From Octopus bimaculoides (taxonomy: Eukaryota), in the NCBI RefSeq assembly GCF_001194135.2, contig NC_068981.1, positions 27,054,200-27,118,199 on the forward strand: a stretch of DNA of 64,000 bases. The letters run 5' to 3'. Positions 12,267 to 25,759 of the stretch are shown here, piece after piece. A program made the position numbers and the translations under genes. Position 1 is the stretch's first letter. Each line of letters begins with the position of its first letter. The notes beneath the pieces are model-generated. The model saw only the letters and a list, made by a program, of their open reading frames with translations, was not told the origin of the DNA and did not search any database.

Positions 12267-12333
12267 ATTGTGCTGATGACCCACGGATGATTTTACGTAA
12301 GTAAAAGAGTTGATGGCGAAACCGGTACACAAT
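12267..12333 (+). ncRNA. Minimal type I hammerhead ribozyme with intact core (predicted cleavage GUA after 12327)
   Basis: attgtg-CTGATGA-c-cca..ttttac(GTAA)gtaaaa..tgg-c-GAAAC-CG-GTA-cacaat: perfect 6-bp stem I, GNRA-capped stem II, palindromic ACCGGT stem III. Confidence 0.8.
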
Positions 12334-13249
12334 TGATTCTTTATTTTTTTTATATATTTCTCATTTTGTTCTGCCTGCCTAAGCTCTGATATTTTGCTGA
12401 ATTTATTCTGGAGAACATGATTTTTCTTTTGTGGTTGGGTTGTTGATGGAGTCTCTCTAGCATATTGGATGTCCACCTAGGGGGTCATCAATTCTTATCC
12501 GCATATATATATNNNNNNNNNNNNNNNNNNNNNNNNNNNNNNNNNNNNNNNNNNNNNNNNNNNNNNNNNNNNNNNNNNNNNNNNNNNNNNNNNNNNNNNN
12601 NNNNNNNNNNNNNNNNNNNNNNNNNNNNNNNNNNNNNNNNNNNNNNNNNNNNNNNNNNNNNNNNNNNNNNNNNNNNNNNNNNNNNNNNNNNNNNNNNNNN
12701 NNNNNNNNNNNNNNNNNNNNNNNNNNNNNNNNNNNNNNNNNNNNNNNNNNNNNNNNNNNNNNNNNNNNNNNNNNNNNNNNNNNNNNNNNNNNNNNNNNNN
12801 NNNNNNNNNNNNNNNNNNNNNNNNNNNNNNNNNNNNNNNNNNNNNNNNNNNNNNNNNNNNNNNNNNNNNNNNNNTAATACTTCATTTAGAAAATTAACAT
12901 TGCTTGTTTTCACCTTTTCGATATCAGTGAAGAATTTCACTGGAAAAGTATATATAAGATTGCCAGGAAATTATCTCTCTCATCAAGGATCAGTGGCTAT
13001 CGAACGCCGACGAAGGGAAATAACCCTGAAACCCGGGTCCGTTCGTGCTACGGATCATGATGGGAGGGATGACTTCCCTTGGCAAACAGGACACAGTAGT
13101 GTGTCGATAAGCCAGCTGGAGGAGATGTCCTCCTGGGGCTAAAAGCAACAGTAACATCCACCCATAGGGGTCAGCCACACTTAAGTGGCAATATACTACA
13201 CTATATATATATACATATATATATGTATATATAAATATATATATGCAGA

Positions 13250-13432
13250 GCACGTGGTCGGTTACGACGAGTTTTCCAGATGAAACGATCAACCGCACAG
13301 CTTGCTCGTGAAATTGACATGCAAGTGGCTGAGCACTCCACAGACATGTGTATCTTAACGTATTCTCAGGCAAATGAACTTACGCCCTTACGATCATGAG
13401 TCGAATGCCCAAACCACTAAACCACGCGCCTT
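13250..13432 (-). mobile_element. SINE remnant: tRNA-like head joined directly to the tail of 39586-39974 (central part missing)
   Basis: GGTTACGACGA..GCTCGTGAAATT.AC.TGCAAGTGGCTGAGCACTC.ACAGACA matches 39600-39715; 13376-13432 matches SINE head sequence. Confidence 0.7.
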
Positions 13433-13965
13433 CTTATGTATATATATATATAGGTTCAAAAAAAGGAAAAAGACAAAAAACAATAACATATTTCGTTTTG
13501 GGATTTAGTTTGCAAGATTCTTTATGTGAGTTCGTGTGTTGAAGCATATTCTGTTGTGTCAGGAAATAGTTATTCTCTTTTAGTGCCTTATAATTTAACG
13601 CACTCACTGGTGAAATTTCCACTCATTTACTTATTATTTATTTTTCTAAAATTTTCGTTGTGTCCTGCAACCTTTTCAATAGCTGTTGACTCTGTCCGTT
13701 ATTCACACTGCTTTTTCTTTTGTGCGCATGTCTGTGGGTCAGTGTATGTCTGCATACGCATGTATGTATGAATTTATGCATCCATGTGTGTGTATGCATA
13801 TATGTGTGCATATGTTTATATATATGTGTATGTGTGTACATTTGTATGTATGTATTCTGCATACTCATGTGTTTGCGTGTCCATGTTTGTGTGTTTTATG
13901 TACGTGTGTGTGTTTGCACGTGTATGTGTGTGTGTTTACCTCCATCTCCTTCTGTGTGCATGTCT

Positions 13966-14001
<36 letters not shown>

Positions 14002-14363
14002 AGTTTGCAACTATGTACTGTATTTGTATGTATGGATGTGCATCTCCATATGTGTGGACGTGTATCTCCATAATGTGTCCTTGTGTGAAGTAAAGTATGT
14101 GTGTATATATGGTCATGTGTTTCAGTCTTCATTTGAGTATGTGTGTCTATGTATGCTTGTCCGTTCATATAACCTATGTACCTATCCCTCTGCATGTCTA
14201 TCTGTTTACTTTCATATCCATATGCTTACATAACTGTCCATATATATATACATATATACATACACCCCACACACCCACACATACATACATACATCTATCT
14301 ATATAACAGCTCACTAACTATTCTACTCTACCTGTATAATCTGTGGGTATGGGTGTATGATGC

Positions 14364-15345
14364 CTACTACTTATATTTCCTATTTAGGATTTGGAAAATT
14401 TCATTTGTGAGGACGTACTCCTGTATTTGTCTGAGTGATGGGTCCTTTGGGTGCTTGGATAAGATGCGGATGTCAAGTTGATCCAAGTTGCCTCCATGCT
14501 GGTAGTTGGCACGTTAGTAGAGTATGGAGTACTGTTTTTTTGTTGTTATATTATCTCAAACGTTCATTTAGTCGTTTCCGCAATGCTCCTAGATGTCTCC
14601 CCTACGTATCTCATGTTCATGTCTTTAAAAGTACCTTCCATGTATCTTATAAACTACATTTTTAATTCTACAGTTTATGCTAGAGCTAATCCTACTTACC
14701 ATGCAGTTATCATTGGTGCATATGGTATTCTCAAAGAGGTACGTCCTACATAGTTGTGATCTGACAGAGTTCCCTGGCTTTCAACAATCTTAAGATTGTT
14801 GAGTTTGGTCTCTCTATATCAGAGCTTTCTAAACCGTTCTCCATGAGCTGCAGCTTCCACAAACATCACTCCTTGATTATTTGTCGGTTGTATATCACGT
14901 ATTCACCCTGTTTGCTTTATCACAAGTTCTTTGTATCCTATTCCCGTCTTTAGAGCAGGTACCACTGGTATCATTACATACAATATTATCTAATTTCTTT
15001 CTAGCACCTCTGTATACTCGAACCCTATCTTTTTGAACCTATCCAGAGAATTGCATGCGGTGCATGACGTTCTGTACATGTATTTTTCGTTCCATAGGGT
15101 TTGCATAGTGGGTGGGGCAACGTTTTTCATTATCCTAATTAAGTCTGCTATCAGTATGTTAATTTTCCTGATGTGTGACAAAGCTGAGTTCTTGTGAACA
15201 ACATATTTCGAAGCTATGGGCTTTATGTAGTAGGAATGGAGGAGCTGCTCTCTGTTGTTCACAATCTCTAACTAAAGTTCAGTATCAAGGACGGAGAGTC
15301 TATTGTCGGGGTGCCTAGTGGGATTGATATACATTGCATCGAAAA
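14364..15345 (-). mobile_element. Decayed Penelope-like element (RT C-terminus plus GIY-YIG), different subfamily from 6975-9130
   Basis: HPDNRLSVLD..YYIKPIASKYVVHKNSAL..RMQFSG..CRIKNVVYKIH/RYVGETSRS..HGGNL..DPSLRQIQE..LNRKYK*; includes ORF 14990-15262. Confidence 0.75.
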
Positions 15346-17464
15346 ATTTCGAGAAAATACCTCTCATGAATCACTTAAACCCAGACACAAGGATACTAGA
15401 TAAAACATCGTCAATGAATTCAAATTTTGTTAGTTTCACATAACATGTATGAACTTTTATTCTACAAATAACATAGAGGTGAATATATTCAGTAAATAGT
15501 ATGTTTCTACTGGTAGATTTGTAGAATGTTTTAATAAACTTCATTATCGTAAGAGTTATTTTACTCAAAGTTAATGCCAATGGTATCATTCAATATATTC
15601 TCATTCTCTATGAGTGTTTCTTTAAGAACCCTCTCTCTATGACATGAATGTATGTTATCCTGTTGCTTGTATAAATATGCTGAGGTTTTGAAACTTATCC
15701 CACAAGTGCTGACATTTTAATTTTAAAAAAAATCTAGTTGAATGATACCGTTGTTTGTTTCTAATATAACTCGATTTCAGTAATGCAACTGGAAAAGTGC
15801 ATGGATTATATTTAAACGCCAATATTAAGGAAGATAAAACCGTACATATAAGTACATATGCACATCTTATGACATACAGAAACAATAAGTGTATGATGGT
15901 GATTTGATGATAAATATGTTTTACAATTTGAAGTCGCTTTGCTTAATCTTATGTAAAACATGTCCGAACACAAATATGCTTGTATGTGTGTTTGTATGTG
16001 CATGTGTCTCTTTGTGTATGTATCTCTAAGTGTGAATATATATGTGCGCGTACACAAAGAATTAAATAAAACTCACTAGTTCTGCTTTAATATTTAGGCA
16101 TGATTTATTAAGAGTAGTCGTAATTATAATCGCGGATACTGTCAGATCATTTCATGCAAGTATAAGAGTAAGACTGACTTATCATATAAACTTGTAATAT
16201 CAAAGCGTATGCTGCATAGATATAGATAAATCCAAAGCAGATGGTTGCTTATATAATAAACACTGGTTGCGTTTCTGAAATTTTGATATAGTTAGTGCCT
16301 GCTTCTAGATTTTATGTATCAATAAAACGCAGATTGAATTAAGATTTTAACGATTGCACTCTGTTACAAATCTAATAATAGTTTAATCTATGTTTTAATA
16401 CTTTCAGCTTACCACGAAAAGGTTCTCAGGTTCCGGCTGTCTTCTCACGAGATCGGCATTCTATTGCTCAATATTCTTGCCAAATCTCTACGTCTTTGAT
16501 GAAAAGAAAGAATTCCTTTGAAATCTACTCAAAGGCAGAAGGAAATATAATCATGATATAGAAAGTTTCATTTCACGTCTGTTGCCTATAATGGTCGACA
16601 CGATAAGGTTGGTGCAGGTAAGGGTGGTGAAGGCTTTTGTTGCAATGCGATTCAAGAGATTTGGAAATTTGGCCGCAATGATTGGCTGTCTTACGACTAT
16701 AATGATAGCAGATATATAGAGAGTGGAAGACAATAATGTTGTGAAAGATATTGGATATTTGCTTCCTTGAATTAGACTGACCTTTCAGATTTAGATTTTA
16801 GTTTTAGATTAAATGAAGATCTGCAATGTTCTTTTTCGTTCTTATAGTAGATTTAAAGCGTTTTCTTCACAGAATCACCCTATCAAGAAGAACAAGACTA
16901 TTACTGATAAACAGTATACAGAAATATTTCAAAGATATTTGGGTTGATAATTAACCTTTAAACGTTCAGTATCAAAAGAATTTAATGTATAGCGAGTGAA
17001 TCATAAAACGTAACATACGGGCTTTAAGATTGCACTTTCTAATGTCTGCATATAAGAAAGTTCATACGCATATTGTCACCATACTTACATGCAAACTGCA
17101 AATGTATTATAGATTATGTATTATATATTTTTCATAGGCATTATATAATAAAAACAACATACATACAAATATTTACAACATATAACTTTTTCATTAAACG
17201 ATTTATATGAAAATATATACATATAACTTGCTGTATATATGTATACAAATGCGTGCTAATACATAGGGGTATGTAGTTATACATTAATACACGTATATAA
17301 GCATATATATATATATGCTTATATATATGCATTTATGTATACATATATACATGTGTACGTACGTGTATATGCGTATATCTATGTATGTGCGTGTGTGTAC
17401 GTATGCATGTATGTATGTATATATGTATATGTATATCTATATACATATATATATATATATAGAT

Positions 17465-17531
<67 letters not shown>

Positions 17532-18471
17532 NNNNNNNNNNNNNNNNNNNNNNNNNNNNNNNNNNNNNNNNNNNNNNNNNNNNNNNNNNNNNNNNNNNNN
17601 NNNNNNNNNNNNNNNNNNNNNNNNNNNNNNNNNNNNNNNNNNNNNNNNNNNNNNNNNNNNNNNNNNNNNNNNNNNNNNNNNNNNNNNNNNNNNNNNNNNN
17701 NNNNNNNNNNNNNNNNNNNNNNNNNNNNNNNNNNNNNNNNNNNNNNNNNNNNNNNNNNNNNNNNNNNNNNNNNNNNNNNNNNNNNNNNNNNNNNNNNNNN
17801 NNNNNNNNNNNNNNNNNNNNNNNNNNNNNNNNNNNNNNNNNNNNNNNNNNNNNNNNNNNNNNNNNNNNNNNNNNNNNNNNNNNNNNNNNNNNNNNNNNNN
17901 NNNNNNNNNNNNNNNNNNNNNNNNNNNNNNNNNNNNNNNNNNNNNNNNNNNNNNNNNNNNNNNNNNNNNNNNNNNNNNNNNNNNNNNNNNNNNNNNNNNN
18001 NNNNNNNNNNNNNNNNNNNNNNNNNNNNNNNNNNNNNNNNNNNNNNNNNNNNNNNNNNNNNNNNNNNNNNNNNNNNNNNNNNNNNNNNNNNNNNNNNNNN
18101 NNNNNNNNNNNNNNNNNNNNNNNNNNNNNNNNNNNNNNNNNNNNNNNNNNNNNNNNNNNNNNNNNNNNNNNNNNNNNNNNNNNNNNNNNNNNNNNNNNNN
18201 NNNNNNNNNNNNNNNNNNNNNNNNNNNNNNNNNNNNNNNNNNNNNNNNNNNNNNNNNNNNNNNNNNNNNNNNNNNNNNNNNNNNNNNNNNNNNNNNNNNN
18301 NNNNNNNNNNNNNNNNNNNNNNNNNNNNNNNNNNNNNNNNNNNNNNNNNNNNNNNNNNNNNNNNNNNNNNNNNNNNNNNNNNNNNNNNNNNNNNNNNNNN
18401 NNNNNNNNNNNNNNNNNNNNNNNNNNNNNNNNNNNNNNNNNNNNNNNNNNNNNNNNNNNNNNNNNNNNNNN

Positions 18472-18516
<45 letters not shown>

Positions 18517-19133
18517 TATATACATATATATACACATATGTATGTACATGCATGCACGCACACACACATATATAGATCTGCGCATGTGCGTGCTTGCATG
18601 TGTATGTGTGCGCGTCCCTGTGTGTGATTATATATAAAGTCCATGCCAAACTTTCTTTTTATAATCCATGTTATAGAAGTAAAAATGAAAGTGCTTATAA
18701 TGAAAAAGATTAAGAGATTAAGATATGTATCATTAGAGACTTAAGTCACTGTATACATCAAATAGTGTTTCGTATAGCTACGTATGGCCGATGTTAAGTG
18801 GAAACAACAAATGAAAATGACATGAATCAGTAAGTCTTGATTTTCATGCCGCATACTATTCTTCAGTAACGTATATAACTTCCAAATATCTTATATGTGC
18901 CTCTAAGTAAGAATAGGTTAGTGGATTGTGCATACAGAGAAACACATATCTGCAGATACACACACGCAGTTCTGTGTGTGTGTTTGTGTGTTTGTGCGTT
19001 TGTGTGCGTATGAGTGTGTGTGTATGTATGTATGTATGTATGTATGTATGTACGTACGTGTGTATGTATGTATGTTTGAATGTATGTATGTATGTATGTA
19101 TGTATCTATCTATCTATCTTTCTATATATCGAT

Positions 19134-19181
<48 letters not shown>

Positions 19182-19414
19182 NNNNNNNNNNNNNNNNNNN
19201 NNNNNNNNNNNNNNNNNNNNNNNNNNNNNNNNNNNNNNNNNNNNNNNNNNNNNNNNNNNNNNNNNNNNNNNNNNNNNNNNNNNNNNNNNNNNNNNNNNNN
19301 NNNNNNNNNNNNNNNNNNNNNNNNNNNNNNNNNNNNNNNNNNNNNNNNNNNNNNNNNNNNNNNNNNNNNNNNNNNNNNNNNNNNNNNNNNNNNNNNNNNN
19401 NNNNNNNNNNNNNN

Positions 19415-20170
19415 CATTTACACCGATCTTTTACAGCCATGTTGATAGTTGAGCGCTGATACTTCCAAGTGCACCAATGACTACTGGTATGAAGCCTACT
19501 CTCTTCATTCACCACAAACTTCGTAGTTCCCACTGTGGATCGTCGTAGTTTTTTTTTTGTCTTCTTTCTCATTGATCCTGCTGTCAACCGGGACATACCA
19601 TGTCGATTACCATGCATGTTCTTTTTTTTTTTTTAATTCACCACAACAATGTCTTATTTCCGATACTTCATCAGGTGATCGTACTGAATCATTGTATCCC
19701 ACAGAGTTTTGTAATTTTCATTCTCGGTGATTCCTTCTGGGGTTTTCTCATACCACATCTTTGCTCTTTGTAGGCCGTGATTTTCACAGAGCTCCAAATG
19801 GATCATTCTTGTCACATTACCATGTCGTCTTCTGTATTCGCGTTGTGCCAATTTCGGGTCTTCGCTAACTATGTACCATACCCTTTTACCCTTCACACCA
19901 CACATTGTGCATTTGTCGCTATCAATTCTGTACTTCACATATTTGTTCCTTAACGCTTGTTCTTGAGTTGCACATATGAGTACTTCTGTCTCTATCTTCT
20001 GGTCATTCCTCCTCACCCATAGCCACCGGTCCTCTGTATCTGTCCTGGCATTCTTATCTCTTGCAAGCTGACCGTACATTCTTTTCTCCTTCCATGCTAT
20101 TTCTGTTTTTGTGTTCATTTCCTCTTTCAATTTTTCTTTCATTACACAAGTTTTGATGACGCTGGCTTTC
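19415..20170 (-). mobile_element. R4/Dong-clade LINE fragment (zinc knuckle plus RLE endonuclease)
   Basis: ORF 19654-20196: WKEKRMYGQ..ETEVLICATQEQALR..CTMCG..LAQREYRRRHGNV..KTLWDTMIQYDH..RK*DIVVVN..VIDMVCPGD..PVVIGALG; stops and frameshifts. Confidence 0.85.
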
Positions 20171-20215
20171 TTCGTATATTTCAAAAATGGCACCACATCA
20201 TTTATATATATATTT

Positions 20216-20216
<1 letters not shown>

Positions 20217-20258
<42 letters not shown>
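20217..20258. repeat. (TAC)n microsatellite
   Basis: Directly visible. Confidence 0.95.
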
Positions 20259-20261
<3 letters not shown>

Positions 20262-20399
20262 TTTACTCAGGTTCGTTTCTCTTCTTTGTAGAATTTGAGT
20301 GGGTAGCGGGTTACTACCTGTAACCTTAGTTATCCACAAACTTTCAATAGTCTTTCAAAAGACACTCCTGATCATGTTTCGTGTCCATAAGAGGTAAAC

Positions 20400-20548
20400 C
20401 GTTACGTTCTGAGTTCAAATTCCGCCGAGGTCAACTTAGCCTTACATCCTTCGGCGTCGATAAATTAAGTGACAGTTAAGTACTGGGGTCGATGTAATCG
20501 ACTTAATTCCTTTGTCTGTCCTTGTTTGTCCCCTCTATGTTCAGCCCC

Positions 20549-20583
<35 letters not shown>
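20400..20583 (+). mobile_element. SINE family B, 5'-truncated, (TAA)n tail
   Basis: GTTCTGAGTTCAAATTCCGCCGAGGTCAAC..GTCGATAAATTAAGT..CTGGGGTCGATGTAATCGACTT. Confidence 0.85.
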
Positions 20584-21569
20584 TTCATAGCATGTGGATG
20601 ATTTTCGCTAGCTCTGAAAGGAAATTTTAATCATTAACAAACGAAGAGTCTTTTATTGGCGTACTTGCCAAAAGGATATTAAACTACATATGGACGTCGT
20701 CCACAGACACTAACTGTTGAAAAAAAAAAAGAAAAAAATGTGAGAGAGCATGAATTTGCCATTACAGATATATTTTATTTGCTTTTACGTAATAGTGATA
20801 TTTTTTACCGTAAATGTGAAAGAACGACAAAAATATAAACGCGCACAAAACAGTATAAAGACAAAATATATCAGAGAAAGATTAATTCCATGAAAATATA
20901 AAAGACGCTTAACATTTAAATGAACACTTAATAGAGAAAGGAAATAGTTTCAAACTGTTTAATGTATATTTCGAAGGATTTGTAGTGACGCCAAGAACGA
21001 CGACCATACAACAATCTTTTGGTTGATAATGAAGATAGCAATAGTTCTTTAAGGAGCCAGGTTTGCTCCTGTCAAAAGACAGTGAGAGGATCTGACAGTT
21101 CCCAGTGAAACGAAATTACCCAAAGATTTTACTCTTGAATCTAATTATTCTGTTGGAACAGGAAAAAGGAATTCCCATCTGTGCCTCGTTTCTCCAACTA
21201 TGTTGTCCTCCTTGCTCTACAATAACCGTTATGTCCTTTAAGTCGTATTGAATGTCCTTCCTGCTCTGTCGTTTCTTCAGATGCTCACCTGAAATACGTT
21301 AAAGGAAAATCAACGGCTTCATTCTCATCAGGCCCGGAGAGCCTGCGGTAGCCTATAGTCGATGCCTCTTGAGTCTATTCAGCAAACTTGTGGGCAATAT
21401 AAAAAAAAAACGACATCGTACATTGAAACACCAGAAAGGGGTGGTGATGTGTTGGACAGTAGTTGGTCACCAATCTCCTTAAGCCGCATAAACACCGGTT
21501 CTCAAACGGTGATGGGTGGGACATACACAAATACACAAGTGCGTGCACGCACACACACTCACACATCCA

Positions 21570-22560
21570 ATCCGGTCATCTAATCCGGTTTTTTAATAAT
21601 TCTTTTAGTTTTCAAAATTAACATAAACAAAGTTCTTTTTAAATTTAAATTATACTCTCCTTCATTTTCTACAATACACTTCCATCTATCTGGTAGACTT
21701 GCAAGGCCCCACTTCCAAAATTCACTTGTCCTTGACGAAAAATACTCATCTAGTACTATTCTAACCTCATCTATAGAATTCCTATTTCTTCCGTTCAAAT
21801 GATTTTGAAGACTGCGGAATAAATGACAATCAGATGGGACAATGTAAGGTGAATATGATTGGTGGGGCATCGTCTCCCACTCAAACTGTTCCAGCCTTTG
21901 GAATATTATCCTCGCTATGTGTGGCAAAGCATTATACTGATGAAAGAACACATTTCGTCTTGAAACCAAAGATGGTCGTTTTTCTTCGAGCGCTGACTTA
22001 AGCCGCTCAAGCTTCTCACAGTAGATCCCCTTTGTTATCGTTTGGTCTGAGTTTAAAAGTTCAAAGTAGACTAAACATTTCATACCCCACCAAACAGATA
22101 ACAACACCTTACGTCGGTGAAGACCTTCTTAAGCTTGGGGTGCCGGTGTTTCTCCTTTCCCTACGCATTGTCTTCGGCGCTTGACATTTTTACAGAGAAC
22201 CCATTTCTCGTCAACAGTGACTATTGGATCCAAAAACGGTTCAGTAGTGAAATGTGCCAGCAAAGAAAAGCACGCATTTACTTTCTCTGCGCAATTAGAC
22301 TCGGAAAGTTTGTGAGGAACACATTGACCTAATTTGCTGATTTTCCCGATTTCACGCCGGTATCAATGAATGGTTGGATGACCAAATCGAAGCTTCTCTT
22401 GTAGTTCCTCCACAGTTACGATGAGATTTTGTTACCCCCAAGTTATACAGGATGTCCTCATTATCATACAACAAATTCAGAGTACGTGTTCCTCGGTTGA
22501 TTTTGTTTAAAATGACAGTTTATATTTATAAAATGCTTTATTTCGCTGCGAAAAATAGTG
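21570..22560 (-). mobile_element. Decayed mariner transposon (transposase pseudogene)
   Basis: CVPHKL, IVTVDEKWV, LLSVWWG, FFHQYNALPH, YSPYIVPSDCHLFRSLQ, LPDRWKCIVENEGEY (ORF 21580-22107 plus upstream frame). Confidence 0.9.
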
Positions 22561-23384
22561 GAGCTTTGGGGTTTATACCGATGGATTGCATAACTGAATA
22601 ACTACATTCAAATCATATATGCATATTAATAAGCTAAATTCATATCAAAATTTTTGTGCCATTTTGCGAATCCCTTTCAAATATTCTATCATAGATTCTT
22701 CAGCAAGCACGATGAAGTCATTATTTAGTCAAAAGGTTTTAATAAGGCTGAAAGACGCTTGAATTTTCTTCCGTACTTGCCAGAACTGTTAAAACAATAT
22801 CATTTATTAAAATAATGTTCTCTTTTCTTTTAAAGTTTTGATATTTACGTCATAAAAAAAAACTGTTAATGCTAACTTAACTTTATGAAATAGTGTTTGT
22901 CATTCTTTTAAGTGGGGATTGAATATGTCTGGTGAACATTCGACTTTGTGTTCCATCGCTATTTAAACGTCGTGGCTAATTGACTATTAGTGTACGTAAA
23001 TGTGCAATATATTATTTTTATGAGCGAATAAGTAATACAAATACACTAAATAGCTAATGTACAGCATCTCAATATATTCTTTATTTATTTTCGATTTCGC
23101 TCGTTGTCATTTCAACGTTGTTAACAAATATTTTTCGGAGAATAAAAGTGGCACAGCCTCTTGTTTTCTTGAGAAAAATTGGATAAATTGTTTGTGATAT
23201 TTTCTCCGGCACATTGCATGTTGATACCAAATCCCTCCGAAGTCAACTTAGCCCTTTTCCTATATTAGTAAGACCTTCATAGTAAGAACTTTTTAATATT
23301 AGTTAGAACTTCATAGAACCCTACGCATATTTCTCTAATCCTACTTATTAATTTCCTCATTCTGTTCTTTTTCGCCAAAAGTTG

Positions 23385-23760
23385 TCCACATCCATATGGT
23401 ATGGATTCATGCTTCAGTATATTGTGAGAAGCTTCTTCATCATATTGTTGATATCCCTAAACTTTTTTTTTCTTTCTACCTCAATAATTCTTGCTGCATA
23501 TCTTTGTAAATGACGCTATTTTTAATGTCACTACATATATATTTCCTGCATTCATTTTCGAGTGTAAAGAGGAATTCCATCAGTTCTTTACTCTTAATTC
23601 TTTCACTTTTCCTTATACCATCTTAAGGTCTGATGTTTCCACTCTCCAGCTTTTCTTTTGATTTATTCACTTTTCGACCCTGTGTATCATATTTCTCGAC
23701 TGCGAAGTCAACCCAATGTCACTAATAATTATGTCACAGTTTGCACCATAGAATCTAGTT
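23385..23760 (-). mobile_element. R4/Dong-clade LINE RT C-terminal fragment, heavily decayed
   Basis: Manual translation: SKMNAGNI..IIEVERK..RDINNMMKKLLTIY..YHMDVD resembles the conserved SKLNxGN..ID.KTRKLLT..HP.SDVD block. Confidence 0.5.
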
Positions 23761-24209
23761 GATTCTTACTTTACTATATAGTTTTAAATAATTCGCAGAA
23801 ATTGATGAGGTACTTATCCCTATACTTTTGCCGGAGATAACAATTTTTACCTTCAAATAGAATGATTCACAGCAGCGCCATTCTTATTATAAAGAATATA
23901 AAATATAAAAATCCATCTTTTATTCAGTATATAGGCTAATTATGGGCAACGTCCAGAAGCTATCTTACATTCAAAACTTTTTCAACTGTTTTCGAAAATC
24001 TCTGATGCGTAATCATTGAGCTTTTTCTGTGCAATACTGACATGTTGTTGTACATAGAGGCGATGCTGTCAGAGTTAAGCGAAATCGGCTGTCAAGAGAG
24101 GGTAGTTTACCTCTGCAGTGGGACATAGCATGGATGTTGCTAAACGTGAATAAAAACTTTGAAGACAGATGTTTTCCTTTCTGGCTAAGCTAACATCATC
24201 TCTATCGAG

Positions 24210-24331
24210 TACTCCATGAGGAAGAAGTTGTAGTTAAAAAGAGGGGGAAATTTCCTCTAGCAAACTTTAGAGAGTATGGCGAATTCGGTATTGTCGGTAT
24301 TACACAATGGCACCATAACCTCTATGCAACA
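24210..24331 (+). CDS. Candidate exon (xLHEEEVVVKKRGKFPLANFREYGEFGIVGITQWHHNLYAT)
   Basis: CTAAC branch point, AG at 24208-24209, donor GTAAGC, open frame. The acceptor is weak and no homology is recognised. Confidence 0.25.
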
Positions 24332-25343
24332 GTAAGCTGGAGACGGTGTGTTTGGTTTGTTTGGATAAACCAAGGTGTATAGGAAAGTCCCATTTTTGGA
24401 GATTCTTCTTAAAATTGATATTGTTCAACTTACTCTTTTATTTTTTGAAACCCTTTGTATTTCTGGTTTGTTTAATTTTATTCACCTTTCTGAGAGCATC
24501 CACTGATTTCAATCGCTTTGGCTACATTCTAATGGTAATACTATCAAACAGACTGCTATTAATAATAGTAATTACCATTATTATTCTGATTATTGTGGCT
24601 GTTGCAAATGGTGTTCATGTAGTTATAGTTATTGCTGTTAATAATTCCCTTGACAATGATATTTCGCGTTTAATTTCCTCGTAAATAACAAAAGAGATTT
24701 TTCTAAAGTACATTTATTAAGTTAATACACCGAGTAGCAAAGAAGTCCGGTATGATATTTTCTTGGTATATCTTCTCAGTTTTCTATTTACAAAAATGAA
24801 TTACTGAATTCATGCACACATTGTACTGATATTAACATCTGCTAAATTGCCACATGATAACTTACTATGATATGCCTACAATAATCAAATGGTTTGTGAT
24901 ATGTGTGTGTATTTGTGAAATATAGAATATCGTAGCTTCGTTTTGTTTTGTTATTTATATGATAATAATATATATAAATGCCTTCTGGTATTTTATTTTG
25001 CTAGGCTTATATATATTTTTATAACTCTAAAAGTAATAGACTTTAGGTAATACGTTTTCTTCTTGAAGATCTACGAGGCAAAAATTATACAGATAAAATA
25101 TTAAAGTGTATAATGATTTTTAACACAATTCGAAATGGAAAAAGTGAACGACATCGGCGTGATATGTTTTATTCAAAAAATGTATCACCTGTGTGTTTGG
25201 TGGTTGCTGTATTCGTGTATAATAAATATATTAAATAAATGAGGTAGAAACACACATATATGCCTATAGAGATACATACTTACACACATAAATATGCATA
25301 AACATACATGCATACATATACATACACACACACACATATACAC

Positions 25344-25404
<61 letters not shown>

Positions 25405-25419
25405 ATGTATATATATATG

Positions 25420-25458
<39 letters not shown>

Positions 25459-25610
25459 GTACATATGTCTATATATATTTGTATATGTATGAATGCATAT
25501 ATATATATGTATATATATGCATATATATGTATATATATGCATATATATATNNNNNNNNNNTATGCATATATATGATATATGTATTTGTATATGTGTATAT
25601 ATATATATGC

Positions 25611-25650
<40 letters not shown>

Positions 25651-25719
25651 CAATATCTATCTATTTATCTACCTCTCTATCTATCTATCTACCTCTCTAT
25701 CTATCTATATATCTATCTA

Positions 25720-25759
<40 letters not shown>

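Noticed and set aside
21270-21335. CTGATGA..GAAAC on the minus strand
   Set aside because: No NUH triplet or pairing stems I/III follow GAAAC.
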